This document shows positions 39,706-52,949 of a stretch of DNA of 64,000 nt, piece after piece. Below the pieces are notes generated by a model. The model made no database searches, was not told where the DNA came from, and saw nothing but the letters and a program-made list of their open reading frames with translations. Each line of letters opens with the position of its first letter. Positions within the stretch are counted from its first letter, which is position 1. Source of the stretch: Tricharina praecox (Eukaryota); NCBI RefSeq assembly GCF_024521635.1, contig NW_026250424.1:310001-374000 (forward strand), given 5' to 3'. The position numbers and the translations under genes were made by a program.

Positions 39706-42364
39706 ACTCTACTTACCTAGCACCGTATTGAGGGAGGAGGAGGAATAGTAGGCAATGATAGGTCCTCTAGGTACTTGGGGGCGGGCAAGCAAGCAGTGGA
39801 CCAAACAGACGCGACACAGAATACGGAGCAGTTTGTACGACTGCTAGGCTAGAGACTCGAGAGACGCAGAGGCAGAGATCCGAGATGCGTATGACGACGA
39901 TGGAGAAATCGAAATCTCGCGCACCGGGGGCAGCCCTGGCTCTGCCGTCATGCAGCACCAGGATAGGATATAGGGTAGATATATACAGATATAGTAATAT
40001 CATAGTATTAGTAGTTCAGAGGGATGGATCACCGTCCGGCGCACAAGGAGCTGGAGTTCGAGTTCAGTTTCAACTTCCAACGCAGAAAGAGCACCAGAAC
40101 AAAGCACAAAGCCGCCGTGAAAGAAAGAAAAAACATCCTGCCGGAACGGGATGCAGTCGGGCGGCGCCCTTTGAGCTTCGAGATACATACCAGCACCAGC
40201 ACCAGCATCCGCGCGATGTAGCGACGGAAGCCTATGTATCTAGAGTGCTTACAAAATACTCTATGTGGTGGTGGTAGCTTGTCTCGCGAGGCTTGGTAGC
40301 CGAGTCGATGACGATGGCGCGTGCCCTTGGCGGGGAGAAGTGGGTGGCTGGAGATGTGTGTACCATGTGCTGGTACTTGGTAGTACCCGACTTCATCAAG
40401 GAAGTGGAGTGCAAGTTCCAAGAGCACCATCATAGTAGAGCGGCACTTGGAATAGTTCTCAATTGTAGTCCTCGTTGCCTGCACGGCTTCAGCTCGTGAA
40501 CCTCAAGTCCTCGGGTCCTCAAGTCCTCAGCTCTACAGCCGCAGCCGTCGTTTATAGTCAGCGACCATTCGAGCTGAGTGTCCGCCCAGACTCCAGTTCG
40601 GTTGACCACTCCGGCCGTGCGCCAGTCACCACACACTGGGGATCTTCGGGCTAGCTCATAGCGCTGGTCGCGCATCTCCTAGCCCGCCAATTATCTTCAT
40701 CGACGATCACCAGGAAATTGGACGGGGGGTTCAGCGCAGCGCAAGATTTCGGGATGAACCGCAATCACGGAAAACATCAAATGAGATGGAGGGTGTTATC
40801 CCTTTCGCCACCCGGTGGAGATGGATTAGGGATGGAGATGGATTCGCACCTCGCCTATGGTTGTTGCCCCTGTCTATCACTGATGGCTCCCTGCATGCTG
40901 GATCACTCGGGGATATGGAAGATCGTTCTTCCGGAAACTATCATGTGATGCAGAGGATCATGGGTGGTCACTCGCATATAAGCCGTAGGGCTGGCGGGAG
41001 AGTGGAATACTGCTATCCACCTAGGCTGAGAAATTCCATTCAAACCCGCTCTTCAGTCTTCATACAGATTGGAACTTACTACTCGGGCGACACCAACATT
41101 GAACAATGCGGGACGCCGACCCCTTCCCCTTCCCCTTCACCACGAGTAAGCCGAGAACAAAGTCGCAAAGCCGCAAAGCCGCAAAGCCGTGAATCTATAT
41201 TCACATTCCTATATATATGATACCAGGCTGCTGCTGCTTTGTGGTCCCCGGGTGTCGACCGAGTACGGTATAATCTCCGGACTTCCGGTCGATTCGGTGG
41301 GATCAAAGAACAGGTAGGTCCTAGGCCATAATGAAGTCCAAAGACTACAGGTCATGTGGGCGTCTCGAAAAGCGGCCTTTGATACCATGGTTACCGTAGA
41401 GAAAGTCGAGTGAAAGGATGCGACCGTATACCTAGTATATAGTCTTAACCGCTGCCGATAGTACTAGTATATAGAGACGATGTCTCCCGGGGAAACCAAG
41501 TTTAAATGGTACCTACCAAGTCGACGCTGCAAGTTCCTGCCGAGTGAGTGAGAGCCACTCCTCGCACCCGCCATTGAGGTCTCATCCGGGCCACGGGCGC
41601 AAACGCTAACTGCACAGTGTAAGCCGCGCGCACGCACGGGCACGGGCGGGCGCTTCCTGCACGTCCGTCCGTCTTGGCGTAACTGCTCTATCATATGTAG
41701 AGTACCCACAGACCGCTGCCATCTCGGATCTCTCGCGATGGACCATGGGGGGGGAGGGGGGTCGTCGTTCGCAAGCTGCTCCGTGCATGCGAATTCACAT
41801 TTCTGTAGATAGAGTAGATAACAAAGAGGGGATGTGGTGAGGTACTCTGGGTGCTTTATGTAGAGTAGGTTCGTTCGGACAAGCCAGCTTGGGTTGCCGT
41901 TGCCATGACTTTGCCGACCCCTGCCGCGCGGCCACCAAAGCTTGCTGTTGCGTCCAAGCCACTCTCTCAGCCACAGGCCAGAGCAGGCCAGGCCACGGTG
42001 TCGACGAGGGAACACTTTCGGATTATCCATCATACCGCCTCATCGACGCGGTCCTATTTGCTGCAGCAAGCAACTTGATGAGCAGAATAGCAGTGGCGAA
42101 ACGACTTCTCCGACTCCCGGGCGACCAACGAACTGTCAGTTAGCGACGACGCCGAACTCTTCCGTTGCACCGCACCTCCCCCACCCACCCACTCAAGTAC
42201 TCTAGGTACCTACAAACCTACATACAGACGCTACTGGAACAACTGCGCCAGAGCTCTGCAACTCAATTAGCTTACGACCACCACGACCACGACCACGCCC
42301 ACGACCACGACCACGACACGGCACGGCAAACACGACACAATCGGCCATCACCACCCACACAGCG

Positions 42365-45047
42365 ATGCGGATTACCTCGTGGATAGCATTGCTCCAGCTA
42401 GTGGCGGTGGAGCTATGCGGCGGCAGCAGCAGCAGCAACACACCACTCGCGCGACAGTACGATACGCGGGAGTACTACGCCGTGCACCTATCCCGCCATG
42501 CTACACCACACGACCTCGCCGGGCGGCTCGGGCTGGACTTCGAGGGGAAGATAGGGGAGCTCGACGACCACTACCTGTTCTCGGGGCCGAAGGGGGACGC
42601 CGACGTGATCGAACAGTACCAGCTGCGGCAGAAAGGAAAGCGGGATGCGAGCAGCGATGGGATCCTCTTCGCACAGAAACAGAAGCTGAAGCGCCTCGTG
42701 AAACGGATACCGCCGCCGCCGAGAGAGAAGAGGCTGGAAGACCGCGCGCAGGATAAGGGATTGGTGAGAGAGCTCGAGCATATCTCCAGCGCTCTGGATA
42801 TTCGCGATCCGATCTTTCATGAACAGTGGCACTTGTTCAATACCGTGGAGCAGGGCCACGACGTGAATGTTACCGGTTTGTGGTTGGAGGGCATCACCGG
42901 GCACGGATCGACGGTCGCGATCGTCGATGACGGCCTGGACATGTACAGTGATGACCTGAAGGATAACTACGTTAGTCCCCCGTCCCGCGTCCCCCGTCCC
43001 GTTGAGCTTGGCTGATCGGGATACAGTTCGCAAAAGGTTCGTATGACTTCAACGACCAAACCGCGGAACCGAGACCCCGCCTTAGTGACGATCGACATGG
43101 TACTCGGTGCGCGGGAGAGATCGCGGCGGTGCGGAACAACGTCTGCGGTGTCGGCGTTGCCTACGATGCCAAAGTAGCGGGTATCCGCATCCTGTCGAAA
43201 CAAATCTCCGACGCCGACGAAGCAGTCGCTTTGAACTATGCCTACCAGGATAATCAGATCTACTCGTGTAGTTGGGGACCGCCGGACGACGGCAAGTCTA
43301 TGGAGGCGCCGGGAATCTTGATCAAGAAGGCGATCTTGAAGGGTATCAACCAAGGCCGGGGCGGGCTGGGGTCGATCTTTGTGTTTGCGTCCGGGAATGG
43401 TGCTGCCAATGGCGATAACTGCAACTTCGACGGGTACACCAACAGCATCTACAGTATCACTGTTGGAGCCGTGGACCGTAAAGGGAATCACCCATATTAC
43501 TCGGAACACTGCTCGGCGCAGATGGTGGTCACCTACAGCAGTGGTAGCGGCGATGCGATCCACACGACCGACGTTGGCACCAACAAGTGTTACTCCGGCC
43601 ACGGCGGCACATCTGCTGCCGCCCCACTGGCGGCGGGCATCTTCGCTCTCGTCCTGTCGGTACGGCCCGAGCTCACATGGCGAGACCTGCAGTACCTGTC
43701 GATGGACACAGCGGTGCCCATCAACGTGGACGACGGGATGTGGGAGAAGACAGCGCTCGGCAAGCTGTACAGCCACCGGTATGGCTACGGCAAGCTCGAT
43801 GCCTACGCCATCGTGCAGGCGGCCAAGACGTTCAAGCTTGTCAAGCCGCAGACATGGTACAAATCGCCGGTGGTGCTCGCGAACCACGAGATCCCGCAGG
43901 GCCAGAAGGGACTGCGCAGCGAGATCGAAATCACCGAGCAGCACATCAAGGACGCCAATGTCGCGCGGCTCGAGCACGTGCAGGTGCGCATGAACGCTGT
44001 GCACGGCCGCCGTGGTGACTTGAGCGTCGACCTCATCTCGCCGAACGGCGTCGTCAGCCACATCGCGACGAAGCGGGATCTCGATAACAGCGCGCAGGGG
44101 TACGAGAACTGGGACTTCATGACCGTCAAGCACTGGGGCGAGGACGGCATCGGGAAATGGGCCATCATCATCAGGGACACCCAGGAGAACGAGTACAACG
44201 GCACGCTTGTCGACTGGAGCATCACGCTGTGGGGCGAGGCGATCAATGCCGACCTGGCCGAGCCCCATCCCCTACCGGGAGAGGAAAACAAGCTGCCTGC
44301 TTCGCACACGACCAGCGCGCTTCACACTACGACCGACCTGCCCAGCGAATTCCCCACAGACCATGCCGCCGCCACCGGCAATCCAACCGACCACCTGCAC
44401 CGGCCGGTGAACTCCAAGCCCGGCAGCAGCAACGGCGCGCAAGGAACCCCGACCGACAACGGTCAGTCCCGCACCCCCCACTCCACTTACACACAGCATA
44501 CTCACCCCCCGCAGCCGCATCCCCCTCATCTAGCTCTACTACCGCCGAAGACTCCACCAGCAGCGACTCAGCTGCCTACCTCCCCTCGTTCCTGCCCACC
44601 TTCGGCGTCTCAGCCAAGACGCAAGCATGGATGTACGGCGCGATCATCGTGATCGCGCTCTTCATCGGCGCAGTAGCAGTATACCTTCTCAAGCAGCGGC
44701 GCAAAGCGCAGGCGCGCGAGGACGGCATGAACTACGAGTTCGAGGCGCTCGGCGACGCCGATCTCGAGGAGGGCGGTGGGCGCTCCCGCGGCGGCAGCGG
44801 CGGCGGCGGCGGCCAGACCACTGGTGCTGCTGCAGGCGGCAGAAGAAAGGCCCGTGACCTCTATGATGCCTTTGGCGCTAGTGATGATGAGGAGGAGCTC
44901 TTCAGCGATGATAACGATGAGGATGGGGATGAGGATGCGGAGGCTAGCGAGAAGGAGGATTATTATGATCATGATGCTGCTAGGGGCATCGATGAGAGCG
45001 GCAAGGGTGAGGATAGGCAGAAGCTGCTGGGGAGGGAGAATCGGTGA
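42365..45047 (+). CDS. KEX2: Kexin (Kex2) subtilisin-like proprotein convertase
   Basis: Signal peptide, prodomain ending in KR sites, catalytic VDDG / HGTRCAGEI / ASGNG / GGTSAAAP, P domain, Ser/Thr stalk, TM helix, tail with YEF and DLYDAF. Introns ~42971-43027 and ~44462-44513. Confidence 0.97.
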
Positions 45048-45575
45048 TGAGGGGTGGGCTGGGAGGTGCGGGGTGTAATGTATATGTTGCTGTTTTTTTA
45101 GGTGGTGTGGGGGGAAGGGCGGCGGGCGGGGTTATTGTTTGTTTGTTTGTTTAACAAGATCGATTCGCATTGAGTCATGGATGGATGGGGGGAGGGGGGG
45201 AGGGAGGAGGGGGATCCCACTTTGCTCTATGGCAAAGAGGACGGGACTGTATGGGTACAGGGTGTAGGGTGTATCGAGAAGACTTGCCATCATCGACATC
45301 GGAGGCTTGGAGGTATGCGTGATAAACGTCCGGCGATGTGAATGGCCATCTATAATCCAATGGACAAAGAACGATTAGTGCTGGTATGCTATGGTGTCTA
45401 AACTTCCGGTGAGCAGTGCTGGGTGGGCGATTCTGCGACTTGTCCAGGAAAACACGGGCAGCCTCGTACATAGCACGACTGGTCGGGAGTACCGGTATTC
45501 AAGGCCTGGCGGGACGGCGGGACGGCGCCGGGAGTGTCGAGGACGTTTAAAAGCGGGTGTGCTCTCGGAAATGCG

Positions 45576-45681
45576 GGCTTGGAACAGCGGCTTGGAACAG
45601 CGGCTTGGAACAGCGGCTTGGAATAACAGTGCCGGAACACAACAGAGCCGGAACACACCGGCTTGGAACACCGGCTTGGAA
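45576..45681. repeat. 13-bp tandem repeat GGCTTGGAACAGC and degenerate copies
   Basis: Three perfect copies at 45576-45614, then partial or variant copies (GGCTTGGAA, CCGGAACAC). Confidence 0.9.
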
Positions 45682-46741
45682 GATCCGGCCCGAAAGAGGC
45701 GGAGGAAGAGCACTCTACTTTACCATGACAGTTAATGGCATGGGGGAGTGAGGCTGAGTGAGCATCTTCGGAGAATCGGAGGATCAGAGAATCAGAGAAT
45801 CAGGGTACTCAAGTCACGGCCCGATGCGATACGATGCGATCGGGGCGGGGAAATGTGTGTTGGCCCTTGGGCCATGAGCTTCCGTACGGGCGCCTTCGAA
45901 TGTTGACCGGTAATTATGCCAGCGATGCGGCAGGCTTGCTGTGGTGCGGAACCTCATCGGTGGCAGATAGGAAGCCGGGAAGCCGAGCGGCTGCCGTGGT
46001 GCGTTACCGCCGAAACGTGGGAGCGGGGAGCGGGCTCTCTCTCTCTCTCTCTCTCTCTCTCCGTCACTCGGGGATGACTTGGACCTCAGCAGTGGTAACT
46101 ACGTCATTGTACCTAGTATGCTCCACCGCTCACTACCGTTCGATACTGGCACTCTGGAGTCTTGTTGTGGCCGTCGTTGGTACCGGCGGTTGGTACTGTT
46201 TCTACTCACTATCTCTGGTCCAGTACGGTGCTGGCCAGGACCCTCAACGGAGAGATATCGCAGTGGTTTGGCGTGCTGTGGTTAGGCGTGCCGTTCTCCA
46301 CCGGTCTCCATCGTTTGATACCAGCATCAATGTGTCCTACCAGAGCTGATTCTGTTGGCGGACGGACAATTCACGAGGCCGAACGCCGTCCAGCTGCCGG
46401 ATATTCAAGAAAACCACAGACTAACCTTCCTTTAATGCAGTTCAGTTCAGTTCAGTTCTACCTATCGACCTCGATATTACTCCCCGGCAGCCAGACATAA
46501 ATAAACCTACGTACCGGCACATGGCACGACCGAGTGCTGAGCCCTGACGCCTCGGTCGGCGGTCGCTGACATTGTCATCAAGCCTCCAGACTCCAGACTC
46601 TCGAGCTTAGCGCGCGTCCGGCGCCGCGGCAGCGTCAAGGGCCGTTACCAACTTACCATGTTTCGGCCACCTCTATGTAGGTAATATAGATAGAGTACCT
46701 ACAAGGACTGTTTCCGTCCTTCGCACGAGCGAGCGCCTCGG

Positions 46742-46825
46742 CTTTCTCTTTCTCTTTCTCTTTCTCTTTCCCTTTCCCTTTCTCTTTCTCTCTCTCTTTC
46801 TCTTTCTCTTTCTCTTTCTCTTTCT
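46742..46825. repeat. (CTTTCT)n polypyrimidine microsatellite
   Basis: Direct reading. Confidence 0.9.
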
Positions 46826-48365
46826 TTTTTTATCCGTGTCTGTGTCTGTCTGTGTCTGTGTTGCGCGCAGGGCCCAGAGCTGGCTGGCGGACTGGCCCCT
46901 GCGTAAGTCTGGATGCCGTCTGATTCCATAATCACCATCCCATCCCACAACGCAACCACTGTCGGCTCCGGTCTCTGTGGTCGGTTGCTGTGGTGTGGAG
47001 TACATATACTACGTGCAGATTGGGGATGGGGGGCTGGATGGAGAGGAGGCACACACCGGCATACATGGAGTAGATAGATACGTAGCATGCCTACATACGA
47101 GCACAGTACACGGCACACAGTACACAGGTACTCTATGGACGGGGGTGCTTCGGGAGGATCTAGGTATCATTACACGTAGAGTAGAGTAGAGTACAGAGAG
47201 ATGGCATGGATGGCATGGATGGCATGGATACAAGTGGGCGGATACCTAGATCTCACTTACATACCGTCCCCCGAGCAGCCGACATCCGGTGGGATGGGGA
47301 GGTTGGGTTGGGTGCTCGCTCAGTCCTCCATGTACTCCAGAGATACCTGGGTAGGTAGCTGCTTGGTGATGCTGGTGATGCTGGAGCAGCCGGTAACTCG
47401 GGACGGCCAGAGGGTTGAGCCGATGGGTTGGATCATAGCTGGAGCTGTGGAGGTGCAGTGGAGGTGCAGTACCTATCGGATCATGGCTGGCTGGCTCGAG
47501 CTGCTAACAAACTCTCTGTCTCTCCGTCTCTCCCAGTGCCACGTTACACGCCGCCCAGTCTGCGTCTAGTGGTGGTGTCTACATCATCTTGCACCGACTC
47601 GGTCGATCCTATCGAAGGAGTCGCGATCGGGTTGGGTCACCGTGCATGTGCGTGTCGAGAAAGGAAGGCTGTAGAATGGCAGAGCAAAGGTGGTGGAGTA
47701 CCGGTACCTACTTCTCAGGTACTCTAGACGTGTAGAGTGCCCAAACATATTGTAGACATCGCCATCGCCATCGCTTCGCCGTGCTGTGCGGAATCTCCAA
47801 CAGCCATCTCGCATCCGTACAGACGCCTCGGAAAGGTCCATCGACTCTCTCTCCCTTCTCATGTGATCAAGTCAGCACTTACTTAGCCGTCGTGATCTCC
47901 TCCGAACTTTGATCGGTTCCTGTGCTGTCCACTAGCGTCCGACCCCCCCGGCCGTCCGCTTTTGTCAGGATCTGAGCCCTTCAACGCCTCTATCGTCCCC
48001 TCTGCCGCTCCCCAAGTTCCAGCCCGACCCACTATCACATCAGCAACTTTTCTTCGCCTTTGTTCCGTCCGCTTCCCCCCTGCTTCCTCAGACCCTACCC
48101 CTCAACCCCCCCAACACTTCTCTTCTTCTCCTCGCAACCTGCTTCCATCCTATAAATCATCCCCCCCGCGTCCCGGCGTCCATCCTATTATCGACATTCC
48201 ATCCTACCCGAAAAAAATCTAGCAACCACGTTTTCCTCCCGCTTCTTCAGATTTGCTCCTCTCCGGCCGTTGCTGGGAATCGCCTTTACCGCCTCGTCCG
48301 CAGTCCCCCTCCGACCGCCGTCTCCGTCTTCTCTGCATCCTAGCCTGCAAAAACAGAGCCGCAAC

Positions 48366-49616
48366 ATGCACAGCAAAGTAGTCAGTGAGTGCTCCCCAAT
48401 CTCCCGTGGTCGTGTTGCTTCCTGGTTGGTTGTCTGCCTGTTTCGTTGCTAACGGATGGTCGCTCCGGATAGTTATTGGGTACTATGCGCAACCCCGCTA
48501 TCGTGACACCGTTCCCCTCACTAATGCCTCAACAGGTCTGGCCCCGCCGCCCACACCGCTGCGGTGTACCTGGCCCGTGCCGAACTGAAACGTGAGTTCC
48601 GAACCGCTCTGCTCGGCTGGGAGAAATAATGGAGCAGTCATTGACACCACCGTACAGCGGTCCTCTACGAGGGTATGCTCGCGAACGGAATCGCCGCCGG
48701 CGGTCAATTGACGACCACCACCGACGTCGAGAATTTCCCTGGCTTCCCCAACGGAATTGGCGGACAAGAGCTCATGGTACGCACACCCGCCCATCACCGG
48801 CGTCGATCGAAAGGAACTGCCCTGACTCTGGTGGATTAGGAAAACATGAGGGCCCAGAGCGAGAGGTTCGGAACCGAGATCATCACCGAGACGGTCTCCA
48901 AGCTCGACCTGTCCGACCGGCCGTTCAAGTACTGGATCGAAGGTGAGGAGAGCGGCGCGCCCAACACCGCCGACACTGTCATCCTGGCTACCGGCGCGTC
49001 GGCGAGACGGTTGGGTCTGCTCGGAGAGGAGACCTACTGGCAGGCGGGAATCAGTGCTTGTGCCGTGTGCGACGGCGCCGTTCCCATCTTCAGGAACAAG
49101 CCGTTGGCGGTCATCGGAGGTGGCGACTCGGCGGCGGAGGAGGCCATCTTCTTGACCAAGTACGGCAGCAAGGTGACCGTGCTGGTGCGTAAAGACAAGC
49201 TCAGGGCGTCCAACATCATGGCTAAGCGTCTCTCGGCCCACCCCAAGGTCGAGATCAAGTACAACACCGTGGCGGAGGAGTGCTTGGGCAACGGAAAGCT
49301 CTTGGGCACGCTCAAGATCAAGAATGTCGTCACTGGCGAGATTGAGGAGATGGATGCCAACGGACTGTTCTACGCCGTAGGACACGAGCCGGCCACATCG
49401 CTCGTCAAGGGACAGGTCCAGTGTGACGAGGAGGGCTACATCATCACCCAGCCCGGAACTTCGTATACCAACATCAAGGGAGTGTTCGCCGCCGGCGACG
49501 TGCAGGACAAGCGGTATAGACAGGCCATCACCAGCGCAGGATCCGGATGCATTGCTGCTTTGGAGTGCGAGCGGCTTCTGGCCGAGGAGGAGGAGGACGA
49601 GGCTGTGCCAGTGTAA
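48366..49616 (+). CDS. TRR1: Low-molecular-weight thioredoxin reductase
   Basis: Spliced [49 protein letters not shown], redox motif [29 protein letters not shown]. Four introns. Confidence 0.98.
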
Positions 49617-50907
49617 GTGTGATCCAGACCGTCATGGGTGTGCTCAAAACTAACGTCGACCTTGTCATCTCTACAGAGTCGAAGCAGAGAAGAGCGTGAC
49701 CAATGGTGTTGCCCCGGAATACAAGTCCAACCCCATGATCTAATCTAAATGACACGGCTTTCTTCTTCTTGTTCATTGTGTTTCTTGTTATGTTTTATTC
49801 TGGCTTGGGAGTTGCTTTTCGATGGTGTTGATTAAAAGAACGAAAGGGATTTGAAGGAAGGGGAAGAAGCGTGTGGGCAAACTTGTAATTATTTTCGGCC
49901 CCCTGTTTCTTCCTCTTTTTTTCCTTCCTTCCTTCCTCTTTTCGTTTTGGGTTCCTTTTCGGGCTGGGTTATGCGGTTTTCCTTTTTCCTTTTTTCCCTT
50001 TCCGTTTCGTTTCGTTTCTGCGGTCTTTTTGGTAAAACATAGAGCGCATGGTATGGTATGCTTAGAAAGTGTGGAAGTGTCGAGGTGTGGATGTTAGAAT
50101 GTGGTGTCAATTGGAGATTTCTCTGGTACAGTACTATTTTCCGAATCTGTGGAGAGAAATTCGTGAGAAATTCGTGATGAGAAAGGCATGTGTGCATGAT
50201 GCGATGAGCATCGAGACTCGGGTTTTATTTTTTGTTGGCCAGTACAGTACCTCTGTCCATCTGCAGATCAAAACTCCAAGACTCGAGAAAGAGAGAGAAT
50301 GATGCGATGTACCTATGCGTCTTCGCCACCCTCATCAAGACTCGACCGGGGGAGGGGGCCATCAACGATTAAGGGACATTGCGGGTGATATCGAGTGAAC
50401 CGGCCAAAGCCGCACGAGTGCTCGAGTGCTCGGTTGTGTTCAGCCTCAACCGACTACCTACGGTACATAAAATGCCCGCACGAAGCAGAACCCATATATA
50501 AACAGCTAAAACTTCAAGGGCGCATTCGAACTGTGGATCTAGCTGGATAAGGTCGCTTCTGGAGTTCTAATGGAGGAAGAGGATAGAGGAGGAAAAGAAA
50601 GCACTTCTCTATGTATTTGGAATTGCAACCAATGGCGCCTGCCAAGCCTACATCCCTCAGAGTCAGGCAGGGCCAGGTTCGAGTTTAAGCACCAATTGCT
50701 ACTCTGGAGTAAATAGCCTCTAGTTAACTTACTGGTGAACCCACACTCTTCTTTACCACCTACACACCCACGCACCACACCTCACCACACACCCTACAAC
50801 CACACACGACACCTCACCTCACCAACAGCACCTACATACCTCCACCACCACCACCACCACCACCACAACCCGCACACGCCACGACCCACGACAAAAACTC
50901 GCGCACC

Positions 50908-52949
50908 ATGTCCAGCGGCGTCGACGCGAAGCTCCTGAAGAGCACCAAGTTCCCGCCCGAGTACTCCAAGAAGGTGGACATGCAGAAGGTCAATGTCGAA
51001 GTGATGAAGCAGTACGTCCCCGTTGCACTTATCGGGGTTGGCTGGGGGTGCTGATGCGGACGCGGGGGCATAGGTGGATCGCGAAGCAGGTAGTCAAGAT
51101 ACTGGCCAACGAGGACGATGTCGTTATCGACTTCATCTACGGCATGTTGGAGGAGGGGAGATACGTGAGTAACAAAACAAAACTACCGTGGGCAAGGGGA
51201 AGGGTGGGGGGGGGGGGAAGGCGGGAGAGAGGCGGCGGCTGATAGAGACAAGCCCGATCCTAGGAAGATACAGCTGAACCTTACGGGGTTCCTCGAGAAG
51301 GAGACTCCCGGCTTCTGCAAGACCATGTGGACGCTGCTGCTGAGCGCCCAGGCCAGTCCGCAGGGCGTGCCGACGGAGCTGCTGGAGCAGAAGAAGGAGG
51401 AGTTGAGGCTGTTGAAGGTTCGTGTGCGGTGCGGTGCGGTCGGTGGTGCGGGTGGGATGGGATGGGATTGAAGGGCTGACGGGGCCCACAGGAGGACGCG
51501 GAAAAGGCTGCTGAGCAGCAACGGCTGCGCCGCGAGAAGGAGGACTCCAGTCGCCAGGAACTCGATGCGGTTCGGCAACGCGAGCGGGACGGACGGCAGC
51601 GCAGGGGTGGTGCGGGGGGGGAACGCGGCGGCGGCGATGACCGACGACGGAGGGGGGGTGGGCCGGGACATCGCGAGGATACGCGCCGTGACTCGCGTCG
51701 CTCCGCGACTCCGCCGCCGGCGCGATCGGCGAGGAGGGACTACTCTCCGCCGGCGAGAGGGAGTGGTGGTGGTGGTGGTGGTGGTGGCCGTGGCGGTGGG
51801 AGGTTTGACCGCGGGGACCGCGGGGGACGCAGGGCTGAGGCAGACACGTACATTCCGTCATCGCGCAGGGAATCTTATCGTCGGGATTTTGACGACCGTG
51901 AAGGCAGGGGCAACAACAGCAGCAGATATGGACGCTACGATCGCGAACGCGAGCGCGAACGGTCGCCGCCGCCTGCTACTTCTCGCCGCGGGGGGTACTC
52001 GAGGGACGACCGCGACCGCCGCTCGCGCCACTCTCCGGAGCGCGAGCGTGAGCGCAGCAGCAGACGCGATAGGTCCGAGAGACACCGATCCGAGTCTAGG
52101 TCTAAATCTCGCTCGAGGAAGCGCGGAGCCTCCAGCAGGGACCGCGGCAAGCGCAGGTCGTATAGCGTATCCTCGTACACCGGTTCGAGCTCTGCGTCTT
52201 CCAGATCCGGTTCGCGGTCATCCTACGGATCTTCGAAGTCGCGGTCCCGCTCCCGCTCCCGCTCCGCGTCGGCATCGCCCAACAAGAAGAGCAGCCGTAG
52301 GGACCGTACCCGCTCCGTCTCCGTCTCGTCCGCTAGGGGGGAGGATGGCGCGAAGAAACGCCGCGAACGATTGCCCCATAGGTCACATGCTGATACGAGG
52401 GAGAAGGAGAAGGAGAAGCGCGATAGAAGCCGTCATCATGAGGACCGCGATCATCGCGATCGGAGGCGACGCACGCGCACTCCGGATGATGCCGAGAAGG
52501 GCGAGAAGACCCGTGCAAAGGAAAAGGAGGGCAATAAGGACCGCGAGACCTCGCCTGGTACTAAACGCCAGCGGTCTGCGTCGCCCCACCGTCGAGGCAC
52601 CAGCAGCAGCCGCAAGGACCGCGAGACGACTCCTGGCACCAAACGCCAGCGGTCCGCGTCGCCTGACCGTCAAGGCTCTAGCAGCAACAAGCGCACCAAG
52701 GACTCATCCGACGACGCAGCAGCGAAGAAGGGTGACGAAGAAGAAGAGGTTGGTGGTTTGTATTTTTCCGTTTGGCCAGGAATTACGGAGGTTTGCTGAC
52801 TTGCTACTTGATACCAGTACTTGAAGCTCAAGGAGAACTTGCTCAGGGAGAGGCTGCTCAGGGAGAAAATTAGGAGGGATAGGAGGAGTAGTGAGTCCAC
52901 GGGAGGCGGGAAGGAGCAGAAAATTGAGGGGGTGGAGGCAGTGGAGTGA
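50908..52949 (+). CDS. PWI-domain, RS/RD-rich splicing-associated protein (SRRM1/SRm160-like)
   Basis: KFPPEYSKKVDMQKVNVEVMKQWIAKQVVKILANEDDVVIDF...IQLNLTGFLEK...LWTLLLSAQASPQGVP (PWI), followed by RGG- and RS-rich regions. Four introns. Confidence 0.9.

Noticed and set aside
42967..44268. Long antisense or alternative-frame ORFs (433 aa opposite KEX2; also 12517-13596, 48498-49385, 51565-52824, 57867-58715)
   Set aside because: These are shadows of GC3-rich coding sequence with no recognisable motifs.
45576..45681. Repeat arrays (also 33426-33480 and 30459-30620) as CRISPR-like arrays
   Set aside because: They are contiguous tandem repeats without unique spacers, in a eukaryotic context with no cas genes.
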